Part shown: positions 1-12,600 of the stretch, piece by piece | Numbering within the stretch: the first letter of the stretch is position 1 | Layout: each line of letters opens with the position of its first letter | Assembly: GCA_043228905.1 (NCBI GenBank) | Contig: JBHGNT010000018.1 | Location: 15,252,001 to 15,316,000, forward strand | Reading direction: 5' to 3' | Length of the DNA stretch: 64,000 nucleotides | From: Azolla caroliniana | Taxonomy: Eukaryota; Plantae; Polypodiophyta | Made by a program: the position numbers and the translations under genes | Notes under the pieces: generated by a model | Database searches by the model: none | What the model was told of the DNA's origin: nothing | What the model saw: the letters and a program-made list of their open reading frames with translations, nothing else

Positions 1-1588
1 GTGTTCACTGAGCACATTGTATGTATAGAGTGTTTTTATTTTGAATTGAGTTTATGTTGTTCTGCTATCTCTATCTCTCACGTATACTCTGTATGTGTTT
101 TGAAGCTTCCATTAAACCTGTGTATATTTTTTGTTAACATCCTATGAAGTCGGTTAGGTCTTCAAGTTTCCGCACGCGATTCATTACATGGTATTATAGT
201 GTGAGGGTTGAGAATCCTCTACTGCCGATAGAAAGCCTATGTAGACCAAAGAAAACCTGATTCCAGAAAAGAGAACGGACCAAAGAAAGAATGGACAAAG
301 GGATGGTAAGCTCGCTTCCGACGGAGAAGCTCGACAAAAGCAATTATGCATCTTGATCTTACAAGATGCACCAGTACTTGCTCAGGCACGGTTACTAGAG
401 CTATGTTGAGGGAGGAAATGAAGTAGCACAGGAGCTGACACACAAGGACTTCCTGGCATGGGAGCAAGGAGCGAGCATAGTGTTGTACTGCCTCACATCC
501 TATATGCATGACCAGATGCTCGGCTACATCAAAAGATGCAAAAATGCCGAAAGAAACTTGGGAGAATCTGAAGAAGATTTTTGTGGCAAGCACAATGGCC
601 TGGAAGTTGCAGCTCCGACAAGAGCTCAACAAGATCCGGCAAAGGGACATGTCGGTTACCAACTACACCACCAAGATAAAGAAGATCTGCGACATGCTCA
701 GTTCCATCAACGTGACGATGGACGAAGATGAGATGGTCCAGATTTGCCTCGGTGGTCTAGCACAATGATACGGGCCAATCCGGACGATGATTTGCACCTG
801 GGAGAAATCACCGTCCTTCTTCGACCTACAATCGATGCTAATGGTCGAAGAAAACCACGCAAGTGGGTTGAGGACCAATGAACTGGACAACCAGATGTTG
901 AGGCGGATGGGTCTTGTGGGCGTGGAGGACGAGGTGGGTCGGCACGCAATAGCGGTGGCCATCAAGAGCAAAATCAGAGACACATAGATAGTATAGACAA
1001 CAGTTCCAGATCCTCCACATGCAGGGGGAGTCACGACAACATCGGAAACCGGCAATAAAAAACGGACATGGAATGCTGGTACTGTGGAAAAAAGGCCATT
1101 GTGAGTGCGAGTGCGAGTGCTAGAAGAAGCACGCAAATTCAAATAAATCCGGATCCGGTACCTCTAGACGAGGGAATTGGCAAAGCTTGCACTATGCAGA
1201 AGGATCGAAAGGATCCAAAACCGGAAAGACTGGAAAAGGGCCAACCTTTGTGATGAAACATAAGACGAACTCGATGAAGAAACCACTTCCGGGTCGGAGG
1301 AAGTGTGGTATGTTGACTCCGGAGCATCAAACCACATGATGAACCACGAAGAGTGGTTCTCGTATCTGGAAAAGCTAGAGAAACCAGGAGTTGTCGAAAC
1401 CGGAGACGACACTCCTCACCCGATCGAGCATGTTCGAGAAGCCCCTTTAAGCCATGTCAGACAAAAGGGTAAGTTTATGAATGTTTTACATGTTCCAACA
1501 ATCACGAGGAACCTGGTATCGGTTGGACATATTGTCAACCAGGGAATGCAAGTGCGGTTTATGCACCTCAGGTGCTTCATCGAGGAAG
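1..1588 (+). mobile_element. Degenerate Ty1/copia element A1: end of 5' LTR (1-188), PBS, gag and protease; interrupted at 1589
   Basis: LTR ends ...TTACA at 188, then a decayed Met-PBS TGGTATTATAGT. Gag remnants (LQLRQELNKIRQRDMSV, CWYCGKK zinc knuckle) and protease WYVDSGASNHM. LTR and internal sequence match the minus-strand copy at 54998-56983. Confidence 0.9.
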
Positions 1589-2030
1589 TGTCATGATGAC
1601 ACTCGCATATGATTTGGGTTTAGAATGATTCGAACCCACAACCTTGTTATATACATGTCAAATTCTTAGCCATTGTAATGATACATTTATATGTCTAAAG
1701 AATTTATAAACTACTCTATGTTCTAGAATGTTCTAGAATATTCTAGAGTGCTCTATGGTCTAGAATGTTCTAGAATATTCTAGCATACTCTTTATTCTAG
1801 ACATTTCTAGAATACCCTATTAGGACTTATAAATATGCATCTAATAATCAGGGATGAATCAATTTGGTTCAACGCCATTCTAGAGCTCCCTTGTTGTTTA
1901 CTCATTGTAATCCATCTTATAGTGCAATATATTATCTTTACAATACTCTCTCTCTCTCTCTCTCTCTACCTCTCTCTTTGTCTTGACAATACCCTCTCTC
2001 TCTCTCTCTACCTCTCTCTTAGTCTTGACA
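1589..2030 (+). repeat. 5' LTR of a self-priming (Tf1/Tcn1-like) LTR retrotransposon
   Basis: TGTCATGA...TCTTGACA inverted termini; TATAAATA at 1828-1835; about 42-bp duplicated CT-rich U5 end. Downstream 2033-2045 is complementary to 1860-1872. Confidence 0.75.
1720..1812 (+). promoter_or_regulatory. Heat-shock element array (nTTCnnGAAn repeats) upstream of the LTR TATA box
   Basis: TTCTAGAATGTTCTAGAATATTCTAGAG at 1721-1748, a second block TCTAGAATGTTCTAGAATATTCTAG, and TTCTAGACATTTCTAGAA; canonical alternating GAA/TTC pentamers. Confidence 0.75.
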
Positions 2031-2032
2031 GT

Positions 2033-2045
2033 TTGAACCAAATTG
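2033..2045 (+). other. Self-priming primer-binding site
   Basis: TTGAACCAAATTG is the exact reverse complement of CAATTTGGTTCAA (1860-1872, predicted transcript 5' end). No tRNA-type TGG PBS follows the LTR. Confidence 0.7.
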
Positions 2046-2288
2046 GTGTTTCCTTCCTCATTTCTTTCTCTTCCAAGAACCTTAATAAGTTTCCTTCTTT
2101 CTTTTCCTCTTCCCTCGTAAGTTATGGAGTCCGTGAGCAAATAGGAATATATGCACATGTTTTCTGAGCTCGACATGCTCAAGAATAAATTTGTGGCACT
2201 AGAGCAAGACAATCAAAGGCTAATCGGGGACCTACAACACGTGAGTATCGAGAAAGCGCAACAATATAGTTTCTTCTTATGATCCTTC

Positions 2289-3028
2289 TCCACTATTGAC
2301 CATATTTTAAAACTTAGGTGCTTAATTGACCAGACGAAGGCTCATAAGAAGAAACTATATTGTTGCTTTGTGGACTTCCACAAAGCCTTTGACATAGTTC
2401 CTAGGGAGAAGTTTTTTGATAGACTTAAGAGCTTGGAGATACCAAATGACATGATCTAGGCCATTTATTGCCTATATGAGCAAGTCTCTAGGTGCGTAAG
2501 ATGCCCAGGTGGCCTATCCGATTGTTTCACTAGCACCATTGGTGTGAAATAGGGTTGCCCCCTATCACCGAGTCTTTTTGGGATCTGCATTCACGAGATC
2601 ACTGATTTTATTGCTCGTAAGGGAGGCAAGGGAGTAGCTATTGGGGATACGCAAGTTAGCCTCTTACTCTACGCAGACGACATTGTCTTGCTCTCAGAGT
2701 CGGAACACGACCTACAAAACCATCTTAATGCCCTAGATGACTTTTGTACACAACGAGGATTGATAATGAATCTAGCAAAAACTAAAGTCCTTATCTTTCA
2801 TACATCATCTCGAGTTAGGAGTAAATGTTACATAATCCTCTCTCATAAACTAGTTGAGGTAGTTGGATCATATGTATACTTGGGAGTCACTTTTAGTGCT
2901 TGCTCAGGTAAATTCTCAATGACCCAGGCAACCAAAGATAGGCTAATGAGAGGGTATGCATCCCTCTGACTCTTAGAGAGACAATGCCACCAGGCATACT
3001 TTCAAGAGCCACGAGAATAACCACTTGA
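2289..3028 (+). pseudogene. Non-LTR retrotransposon (LINE, RTE-like) reverse transcriptase fragment
   Basis: STIDHI...LYCCFVDFHKAFD...GVK*GCPLSP...LLLYADDIVLLS...YVYLGVTF, with in-frame stops. Confidence 0.9.
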
Positions 3029-6000
3029 TGTAACATCCCTCTCTCTCTTGGGTCTATAAAAAGGAGGGAGAGAGGGCTAAAGGGGGGATGACGTCTTAAT
3101 GCAGAACAGAGTGTTGTTGGATTGGGGACCGAGCGCTCGTTCAGTATCAGTGTTCTTTGCAGGAGTTCTTTGGTCGAACGCCTCTGTTCGTGTGGGAAGC
3201 TCAGGTGCTTCCGACAGTGGCTCCACATTGTATCTCGTCTTTGGTGTGTGCGTGTGTGTGTTGTCGACTGAGTAGTGGCTCGGTTACCGGCGAGCCAGTT
3301 GTAATCTGTTCTTAATCGATTAAGGGTTTCTTTCTCTTCTAATTATATCTTGTGTCGATCCGATCTCGACCGTGCCGGTCGAGATCTGTGCTTGCCAGCA
3401 TCCAACGCGTGCCGATCTGCGCTCTTTCCTTCTCCTTTCCCCCTTTCACACACACCTTGGTCTAGGACCCCTGCAGTCCCGCCTTCATTCCTTACACGTA
3501 CGCGTAATTACGCGACATAATTTGGTGAACCCGATGTGAACAAGGCAACAGAGGAGTATGAAGATGAGGTGAATTGAACTCACTGAAGCCATGGCGGCAA
3601 CTGTAGACTGGCTGGTGAATGATCTTGAAGGTACGGGTACCCTCGACCGGGCCATCGAAACAATCGTTGGCACAATAGGCCGGTTTGAAGGTAAGCACAC
3701 GACGAGCTATCTCGAGGCCTACCCGGCCGAAATGATAATGGGGGACATTCCGGAGGACAGACGACTGTCTGTATTCCCTCGGGTTGCTAGACCTGGGGGG
3801 AGTTCGAAGGGCGGCTCCTCGAGAGGTACAGGTTCGACGACTCGCTTCGGTTATCAAAACGCGAATTTATGGAATGGGTTGAAAGCCCCGGAAAGGGGAG
3901 GAACACGTCGGTGCTCCTCTAGGAGTTCGAGAAACGGTCTGGTCGGCTCTCGGTGTTGGACAAGACTGTGCTTGACACAAGCCGTGTCCTGCTGTTCATC
4001 AACTCCGCGGACGCGCAAGATTAGGAGAAGGTGGGTCCCCTATTGGAGATGGACGATGGGCTCATGGCCGACTGGGCCGTGGTAAATAGGGTTTGCAGCC
4101 ATTTTGACAAACGGTGTGAGTTGAGAGAAGAGGGCCCATCGGCAGCAAGACCGGTGGTGGCAAGGAAGTTCGAGGAGCCGTTGCCGGCGCGAAAGGAAGA
4201 GACTCGAAGTTGGCTTGAGTCGGGCACTGCCCCGACCGACGTGGTTAAAGGCCCATCTGGGGGAGCGGCTCTAGAAGAGCTAATGCAGATGGTACGTGAT
4301 ATCAAGATCGCACAGGCTAGGAGAGATAATGGACAACAGACGCGTGACCGGAGGCCTCAGACCATACAACGATGCATGTGGTGTGACGCGATCGGCCACA
4401 ATAGAAGAGATTGCGCGGAGTTTACGGAGGCACTAAGAAGCAATGTAGTGTACCTCTAGAATGGGCAGGTGCACGAGAGTGAAACACGGAGAGCCCTGGA
4501 GTTGAATACCGGGCGAGGCGGAATGAAGCGGTTGATGGAGGAAGTTGTGGCGCGGCATGCCGAAGCCATCCACTATTCAACGTCGGCTGGGATCCGGGTC
4601 GGAAGCGATGGCGGCCAGAAGAAGAAGGACTCCGGATTCTGGCCATCGGTGCTGGAAGGCCTTTCCGGAGTGCGGCTAAGGAGGGAGAAAGCGGACCGCG
4701 CGGAGAAGCGGGTCCGGAAGGTCATGTGATGGGATGATCCGGTTGAAGAGAAGACCAGGTTTGTGGAGGCCCCGTGCCAACACGACGAAGTTCTGGTGGA
4801 AGATAAGCGAGCAGGAAAGGGTGGAGGGGCCGGACCCTTTGGCCGGTATGAGACGCAGAGCGTGCCAAAGAGAAATGATGCCGGTGGTCCCGACTCGCAG
4901 GAAAGGGTAAAGCAGGCAGGTTACAGGCTGAGCACGGAAATAGAAAGTGCGACAGACTTGCGGAAGTTCCTCGAGGAACGAATCCTCGACAACAAGGTGG
5001 AGCCATTGTTGAGGGATTCCATCGTGGGTTTGGTGAAGCATAAAAGGCTCACAATGGAGCCGGAGCCGGAGAAGCTCGTGGAAGTGTGGACGACGCACTT
5101 AGAGGATGCGGCCTTGGAGGACGAGTTGGCAGAGAGCCACTATTTGAAGTTGCATTGGGCAAGGGCTACTACAGAGAGGCCCGTCCAGATCGGGGACATT
5201 CTGGAGCCGGTGGTGGCGTTGATAGACCACACTTCCGAGATAAACCTGATGTCGATGAACTTCTACAGAAAGGAGAAATGGCCGATGAACACCAAGCACA
5301 GATGGAAGATACGCGCGGCCACACGTGCTACGGAGGAACTACACGGAGCATGCCCAAATGTGCGCGTTAAAATTGGAGACGTCGAGATAGATCATCACTT
5401 CTTCGTGCAGGAGACGTCTTCGCATCTGGTAATACTTGGCGAGCCATACATTACGGCGGCCCGCATGGAGACCAAGGTGCTGGATAATGGTTCGGCGTAC
5501 TCACGGGCATCACTCAATCTAATTTTTCACAGTACGACCAAACCACGAGTGCAACTGCAAGACCCTCGGTAGCAATGGCCGAGAGGATTGGAGAAGCCCC
5601 ACACATGTACCATAGGTAGGAAATTTTGGTTCTCTGACAGTGGAGGTTGTATGATAACCAGCGTCGACGGGTGGGAAAAGAAGAGGGTCGAGGAGTGGCT
5701 TAGGGCGTGTGGGGCCTTAGTTCCAACAATGAGATTAGCGGCGTCATGGAGGCGGTCTCATTTGACGACACCCTTGGAGAAATCAGGAAGATTGTCGAAG
5801 AAGGCCTGAGTGAAGACTGGGTGATTCGGGTCGGTTTCGTGGAAATGTATGAAGTCATTGCGGACTTCGGGGAGAAGGTCGGGTTGGATCGGACGGCCCG
5901 CGTGGACACGAGGTACAAGACTGTGGACTGGAAGGTGAGGCTAGTCGCGGAGCCGTTGCCGTAGGGCAGCGAGGAGAGGATGACGGGGGTCGCGTCGGAC

Positions 6001-7840
6001 CCAATTTTGCGGAATCCGGCTGGCATAGGGCACCGATTCACCAAAGAGACGCTACAAGAGCTGAGGATCAGTGGGGGTGGCTTTCTACTGCCGGCGGAGG
6101 AGGATCGGTTTCGGAGGATGCTCGGGAGGCATAGGAAGGCCTTCGTAGTATCACTGGAAGGAATTGGGTGCGTGGACCCGACGATCGTGGAGCCGATGAT
6201 TATCTTCACGGTACCGCATGTGCCGTGGAACCTCAAGCCAATTCCGGAATCCATAGCTCACATCTTGAAGCTGATGGAGCTACTAAAGCAGATGGAGATG
6301 GGCATCCTCGAGCCCATATTAAAATCGGTGGTTTACGGTGCCAAAGAAGCACGACACGTTGCGCTTCACTCAAGACCTGCAGCCGGTCAATAAAGTGACT
6401 ATCCGAAACATGGGAATCGGGCCGACCATTGATGAGTTCACGGAAGCCTTCGCTAGAAGGTCGATCTATTCAGTTTGCGATCTATATTCGGTTTGCGATC
6501 TATATTAAAGATATGACCATTGCCAACTAACCGTAGAGAGCAGGGATATTACAACAATGCAAACTCCTCTCGGCTTAGTATGGATGTGTACCCTGCCACA
6601 AGGAGGGACGAACTCACTAGTGCACATGGTGAATGCAATGAACAAGGTACTAAGGGATTGGATCCCAGGCATCACCATGTTGTTCCTGGATGACATCCCG
6701 ATCAAGGGATGAATCAGTCGGACCAGACGGATGCTGGAGGTTTGTGGCAGACCACGTTGACAACTACATGAAGGTGCTACAGAGGCTCGAGAGTGCACGG
6801 CTCACCTTCTCCGAAGAGAAGTAGGCTTTCGGGCAATCCGAAATCTTGGTGGTTGGACACTTGTGTGGGACTTACAGCTGGAAACCGTCTCCGACAATGG
6901 TGGAGGCCATCTTTGTGATGAAGGAAGAATTCAAGTCGGTTACAGAGGTCCGAAGGTTCCTGGCTGCGTACGTGCTCTACCACATTTGGATTCCGCATTA
7001 GGCACACGTCGCGGAACCGCTGTTGCGTTGTTACGCGCGTGCGTGTAGAAAGGCGGGACCACGGGGGTCCTGGACTAGGGAGTGACGGAGCCCAGGAAGT
7101 TGCGCTTCACCCTTTTTGGGGCACCCCAGGAGCTCACCGGAAGCAACCGCACGAGAGAGAGAAAGAGAGGGAGAAAGAGAGGGAGCGCGCGCTTGACACC
7201 GACTCACGCACACACACACACACACACACACAGACCTGACTCACGCCCTTATGTGTAGGAACGCAGGAAAGGGGAAGCACCCGACACCAACAGAGACACA
7301 AGTATACACAGACAGACGCAAAATTATGTATTACAAGGGAAAGAATACAACCCCGGCTTCGAGCCGGACCAAGCTAGGGTAGGTTACAACAGCAGTCTGC
7401 AGCCAAGCCGCCGTCCGGGGAGCTCTCGGGCTCGTCACGCAGAGCGGGGTCTTGCACAAGAGACCGAGCGGGAATAGCCCTCCACAGTCCACCCACACCG
7501 CGAAGAAGAGGAAGAAGAAGTAGAAGAACTAACCCTAAATCTAACGGTATACCCTCTAACACAAAATGGGCAACCTCTCTACAAGGGACCATCCCTTCCT
7601 TTTATAGAACAAGGAGAGGGATGCGTTACAAATGTGGGATAAAACCCGATTTACATGGGATTCTTTGTGCCGACTTGACTCTTATTATTCACACAATTAC
7701 ATGAGGGTGAGTGCACATGGTGCACCCCGCCGATGTAGCCAATATTTCCCGGTTTCCACCTCTGGACGAAATTCTTCACGACACCGCTCTACGGGTTGCA
7801 GAAAAAGGGGCATAAATTCCAATGGAACGAGGAGCACGCT
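3029..7840 (+). mobile_element. Degenerate Ty3/gypsy element G1 (partial 5' LTR 3029-3517, Trp-PBS, gag, protease, RT); split by a solo LTR at 7021-7783; 3' part missing
   Basis: LTR end TTACGCGACA at 3517; PBS TGGTGAACCCGATGTGAA; CMWCDAIGHNRRDC knuckle; FLDDIPIKG. Many stops and frameshifts; homologous to 35477-42640. Confidence 0.9.
7021..7783 (-). repeat. Solo LTR of the gypsy group, 4-bp TSD CCGC
   Basis: TG..CA termini; the minus strand starts TGTCGTGAAGAA like the family LTRs. CCGC at 7017-7020 and 7784-7787; removing the LTR restores G1 HVAEPLYGL. Confidence 0.9.
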
Positions 7841-8980
7841 ACAGTCGTGTTATTCTGCACGCGCCGGAGAAACCAAGGCGGGACCGCGGGGGCCCTGAAC
7901 TAGGGAATAGCCGGACAGAAGGAGGAGCACCACAAACCCACGGCCCAACCGCGCACACATAGATACACAGAGAACTCACAAATAGGGTCGAACAACGAGT
8001 GAGGCAAATGTATAGATATATATTTATAATCAAGATTACAGCTGGCTAGCCGGCAAGTGCCAACTCGCTGACACCAACTTACACAATGCACACAACAACA
8101 AGAGATGGAGCCTTTGCCGAAAGCACTCGGGCTTTCCACGAAGCAGAGGCAGCCTCCCAAACCCTGCAAAAAACGATGACAGACAAAGGAGAAGAGCTCG
8201 GTTCTAGTTCGACAACACTTAGTCCTCGACAAAAGCAATCCCCCTCTCAACCTTCTCCCCTCCCTTTTATAGGCCTCTAGGCACAAACCGTTATTCCCTG
8301 TCATCTCGAACAAAGATACACTACGATTTCCTAAACCATAAATGTGTACTACCTAGTATCTTCACATCAACCGAAGTGCTCCTAAGTATGTACAAGTAAT
8401 TAAATAGCGTGCCCACACGTAAGGGCCAATTCTTGCGCATATTGCCCTAATTCCTCCTAGGGGCGGTTTTCTCCACGACATCCACCCCCACCAAACCGCA
8501 CGTCCTCCGGTACGTGCCAGATACAACAATTGCCGGAGAAGACTGGCCCGTAATCACCCTTCATTCTCAGAGTCGCTGTCCGTGCTAGTGCAACTGTCAC
8601 CATCGTCGGGGCTTGCCGGGTCTAGTTCGTCCTCATGCCGCTTCTTAAATACATTGATCCTCTTCCCTACTACTGGCATAGCTATCCGTGTCCCGTCAAG
8701 CTCCGCGAGATGGTACGTGCCATTGTTGTTAACACTCATCACGGAGTAGGGCCTGAACCATCTCTTTGCAAATTTTCGCACTGGTTTGTGGTGATTGTCA
8801 AGGCTGTTGTCGTATACCAACACCCAATCACCTTCTTCAATCTTCTTCGGCTGGAGCCGGTGTGTCCGGTCGAACTGACCCTTGTTCCTTTCCCGCGCTG
8901 TGCGTAGCTTCTGCCTTGCTCGCTCTACGTGCTCCGGTCTTCGTTCAAGCTGTCAAATCCGCCCCGTCAACAACTCTTCC

Positions 8981-9599
8981 TGTTGGGAATATGTCCCTCT
9001 AGTGGGAGGAAGTGCCGATTGTTCGAAAAAGCTGACTGTCGAAGGGTTGAAAACAGTGATTTGATTGTTTGAGAATTGGACTGTTATTATTATTATGGTA
9101 GAAAATATCACTCCAGATGGGGAGAGAGAGGAGCCGAGTTGATGAGGGACTCAGCTGAGGCCGAAACCAGAATCATGTATATAGCCAACTCGGGAGACTA
9201 TACTTGTAAATAGTCTCAATGTGCACCCCATGAGGGCTAGGTATGTAAATAGCAAGAAAGTTGTGTAAGTATATATGCAACTAGGGAAAACCTTAAGATG
9301 TAGAATAGAAGAGAACATAACTGTGAGTGTGAGAGAGAAGTGTGCGCCGCGCCATAGCTATGTGAGTGACAGCAGACACGAAGACCCCTGCGTGGCAGAT
9401 ACACTCAACAGAGTGTTGCAACCCTCTCAGTGTTGTATATCCACTATCCATAGTGAAGATCTATTCCCATGGTTTTTCTTCCATTTTAGGGTTTCCACGT
9501 AAATCTCTATGCATAGTTGTCTATCTTGTTGTTTTGTGTGATTCGTATTTCAGCATTGTCTGTTCATTGTGATTTAAATTCCGAAACGATTTCTCAACA
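8981..9599 (+). repeat. Solo LTR, copia (Tork/Tnt1-like), 5-bp TSD CTTCC
   Basis: TGTTG...CAACA; CTTCC at 8976-8980 and 9600-9604. U5 motif TGGTTTTT..TAGGGTTTCCACGT is shared with the C4/C5 LTRs. Confidence 0.88.
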
Positions 9600-9620
9600 C
9601 TTCCTGGCTCATTTCGTTCC

Positions 9621-12600
9621 TGCTGAGAATCAAGCTCAACATAGCACAACATGTGAACACACCTTTTGAGAATCTATGATTACTCAAAGGTCAAGAGTCA
9701 TACCACTACTCTCTACACATTAACTATGTGTCATAGAATCATATTCTATGACACATAACTAATGAGTTACATATTCCCCATGACTATGAGTCTTCACATT
9801 CCCCAAGAGAGAGAGAGTGGTTGTTGTAAAGTTAATGAAGAGAGAGGGTGACTCTATATAAAGCACCTTCCTCATACTTCATACAAAGTCAGTTGTGACT
9901 CCTTTTTATGCTACATTTTGTAATTCTTATTCTACGTGTGAAATATACACCTTCTTGAGTATTTTATTTCTCTTGTCTATCTATCTAGTGTTCTCTCATC
10001 TCTCCTCTAATTCCTCTCACACATACACATAACACACATCTCTTCCGCTACACAAGAATCATACCCAATTCTTTACATGGTATCAGAGTGATTTGGTAGC
10101 TCGATCTAGCCCACTCGCCTCATCGTGATCGTGTGTTGTGCTCTACGGCGACGTTCAAGAAGAACCGGCTCATCGCTATCGTAGTGCGACTACATAGCTC
10201 GTGTTCGAGAGAGAAGGAAAAGAAAAGAAGGAAGAAATCTACATCGACAATGAATACTCAAATGGGGAGCGCTCTCCCTAGTGAGAAGTTGGATCGCAAC
10301 AACTTTGCATCTTGGGAGTACAAGATGCACCAATACCTTGTCGGCCAAGGCTATTGGAGCTACATCAAAGGAGCACAAGAAAATTGGCCCAACCCGGAAG
10401 ACGCCGACTATGCAATGTGGGAGCAAGCGGCAAGCCAAGTGATGTATTGCTTGGAGACATGTGTTCACGGCCACATGCTCAGGTACATTCGAGAAGCCAA
10501 GACGCTGAAGGAAGCGTGGGAGAATCTACGAAAGATTTTCGCCGCCAACACGACCGCGAGGAGGCTTCAACTCCGCCAAGAGTTGAATAATATCCAATAA
10601 AAGGATATGTCTGTCACAAGCTACACTTTGAAGATCAAGGAGCTTTGCGACACGCTCGGCTCGATAAGCGTAAACGTGGAGGATGACGAGATGGTGCAAA
10701 TATGCCTCGGCGGCCTTGCACCACGGTTCGGCGCTATACGGACCGTTGTACTAGCACGGGAGAATCCGTCCTCCTTCTTCGACCTTCAATCCATGTTGTT
10801 GGTCGAAGAGAATCATGTTCAAACAAGGAACAACGCCTCGGAAGGCCAAGTGCTCTACACGTATTCGGACGGAGGAAGAGGACGCGGCCGTGCAAGAAGA
10901 GGCCGATTTGGCCAAGGATGTGGCGGACGAGGCGGACAAGGCCCGATTTATGAAAACAACTCGCAATTTCGGCATCAAGATGGAAGCCATCGAGGAACCT
11001 TCGGAATAAGGGGGAGCTTCCATTCCGGTCCGAACTGACAAAGCTCGGTCGAATGCGGATATTGTGGAAAAATCGGTCACCACGAAGAAGATACGCGAGT
11101 CGGCTTCCACTAGTCGACAACTCACCAACTACGCCATCAACTCCGACTATGACAATCGTGGCGGAATGTTCGTGATGAGACATCAACTCTGCACGAGAAG
11201 TTTTTCAAAAAGAAGCCGAACCTATCGCATGTTCGGATATTCGGCTCCATTGTGTATGTGCACATCCCCGATGAAAAGCGACAAAAGCTCGACCCGAAGT
11301 CGGAGAAATGTATCCTCATCGGATACTCATTGGAGCAAAAGGGGTACAAATGCTATAACCCCTTGACTCGAAAAGTTCGCGTAAGTTGAGACGTCATTTT
11401 TGACGAGTCCGCATCCTGGTACGCACTAAAGACAACTTCGACTCCGATTCTGCTTGACCCAGAATCCGCCGAACAAGAGCTAGAAGATGAAGATCGCATC
11501 ACGCGCATATTCGACGAAAGTCCGATCATGACCCGACCGAGCGGACCACAAGAGCCTTTGAGCGATCAAAGCACATCTCGACCAAGTCCGAAGTTGGACA
11601 AAGGGAAGGCGAAAATGCCGAAGTATGAAGATGCTCATTTCGATGGCAATGAATCGACTCACTCCATTGATAGTGAGTTCGAAGGCCTTGACATCTGAAC
11701 AAATGGAATGAAGAAAACCTTAGAATCCACAAACGAGAAGCTACGCTGATCAACCCGTGAAAAGAACCCTGTAAGCCGATTCGGCTACGATGAGTACATG
11801 GCATACCATTAGGCATTTATGATGAAGGTGGCAACAGTATGGGAGCCGGAAACCTTTTCTGAAGCCATGAAGGACCTGCGATGGATCGAAGCAATGAACG
11901 AGGAGATGCGTGCATTATGCAAGAACGAGACATGGGATCTCGTTTCCCATACACCGCAGAAGAAGGCAATTGGCTACAGATGGATCTACAAGGTGAAGTA
12001 TAACGCAGACGGCTCCGTCAACCGTTACAAAGCTCGACTCGTATCGAAAGGATACGCACAAACACATGGAGTCAACTATGAAGAGACCTTTGCCCCGATG
12101 GCAAAGATGACGATGGTGCGGACCGTGATCGCACTTGGAGCGGCAAAAGGGTGGCACCTCCACCAAATGGACGTCAAGAACGCCTTTCCTCAAGGCGAAT
12201 TAGACAAGGAGGTGTACATGGTACAACCACCCGGCTTCGAATCGCGCATTCATCCAAAAACCGTATGACAACTCAAGAAGCCTCTCTACGGCCTCAAAGA
12301 AGCACTGCGTGCTTGGCATTCGAAGATTACGCAATATCTTCATCAAATCAGCTTTCAAATGTCGAAATCCGACAACTCCCTCTACGTACGACACGACTCT
12401 AGAAGCCTAATTATCATCATCCTATACATGGATGATCTGGTCATTGGAGGTGAAAGTCAGTCCTCTCCAACAAATTCGAGATGACGGACATGAAGGAGCT
12501 TCATTACTTCCTAGGCATCGAGGTAATTCGGACTCCGGTTGACATTATGATCTCCCAACAACACGACATCCTCAACTTGTTATACAAGTTTGGGATGACT

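Noticed and set aside
3029-3060. TGTAACATCCC as the start of a separate chromovirus LTR
   Set aside because: It runs straight into the TATA region of the G1-type LTR, with no matching end or TSD; boundary left uncertain.
6470-6506. 18-bp tandem duplication (GTTTGCGATCTATATT) in G1 RT
   Set aside because: Simple slippage in a decayed copy; absent from siblings.
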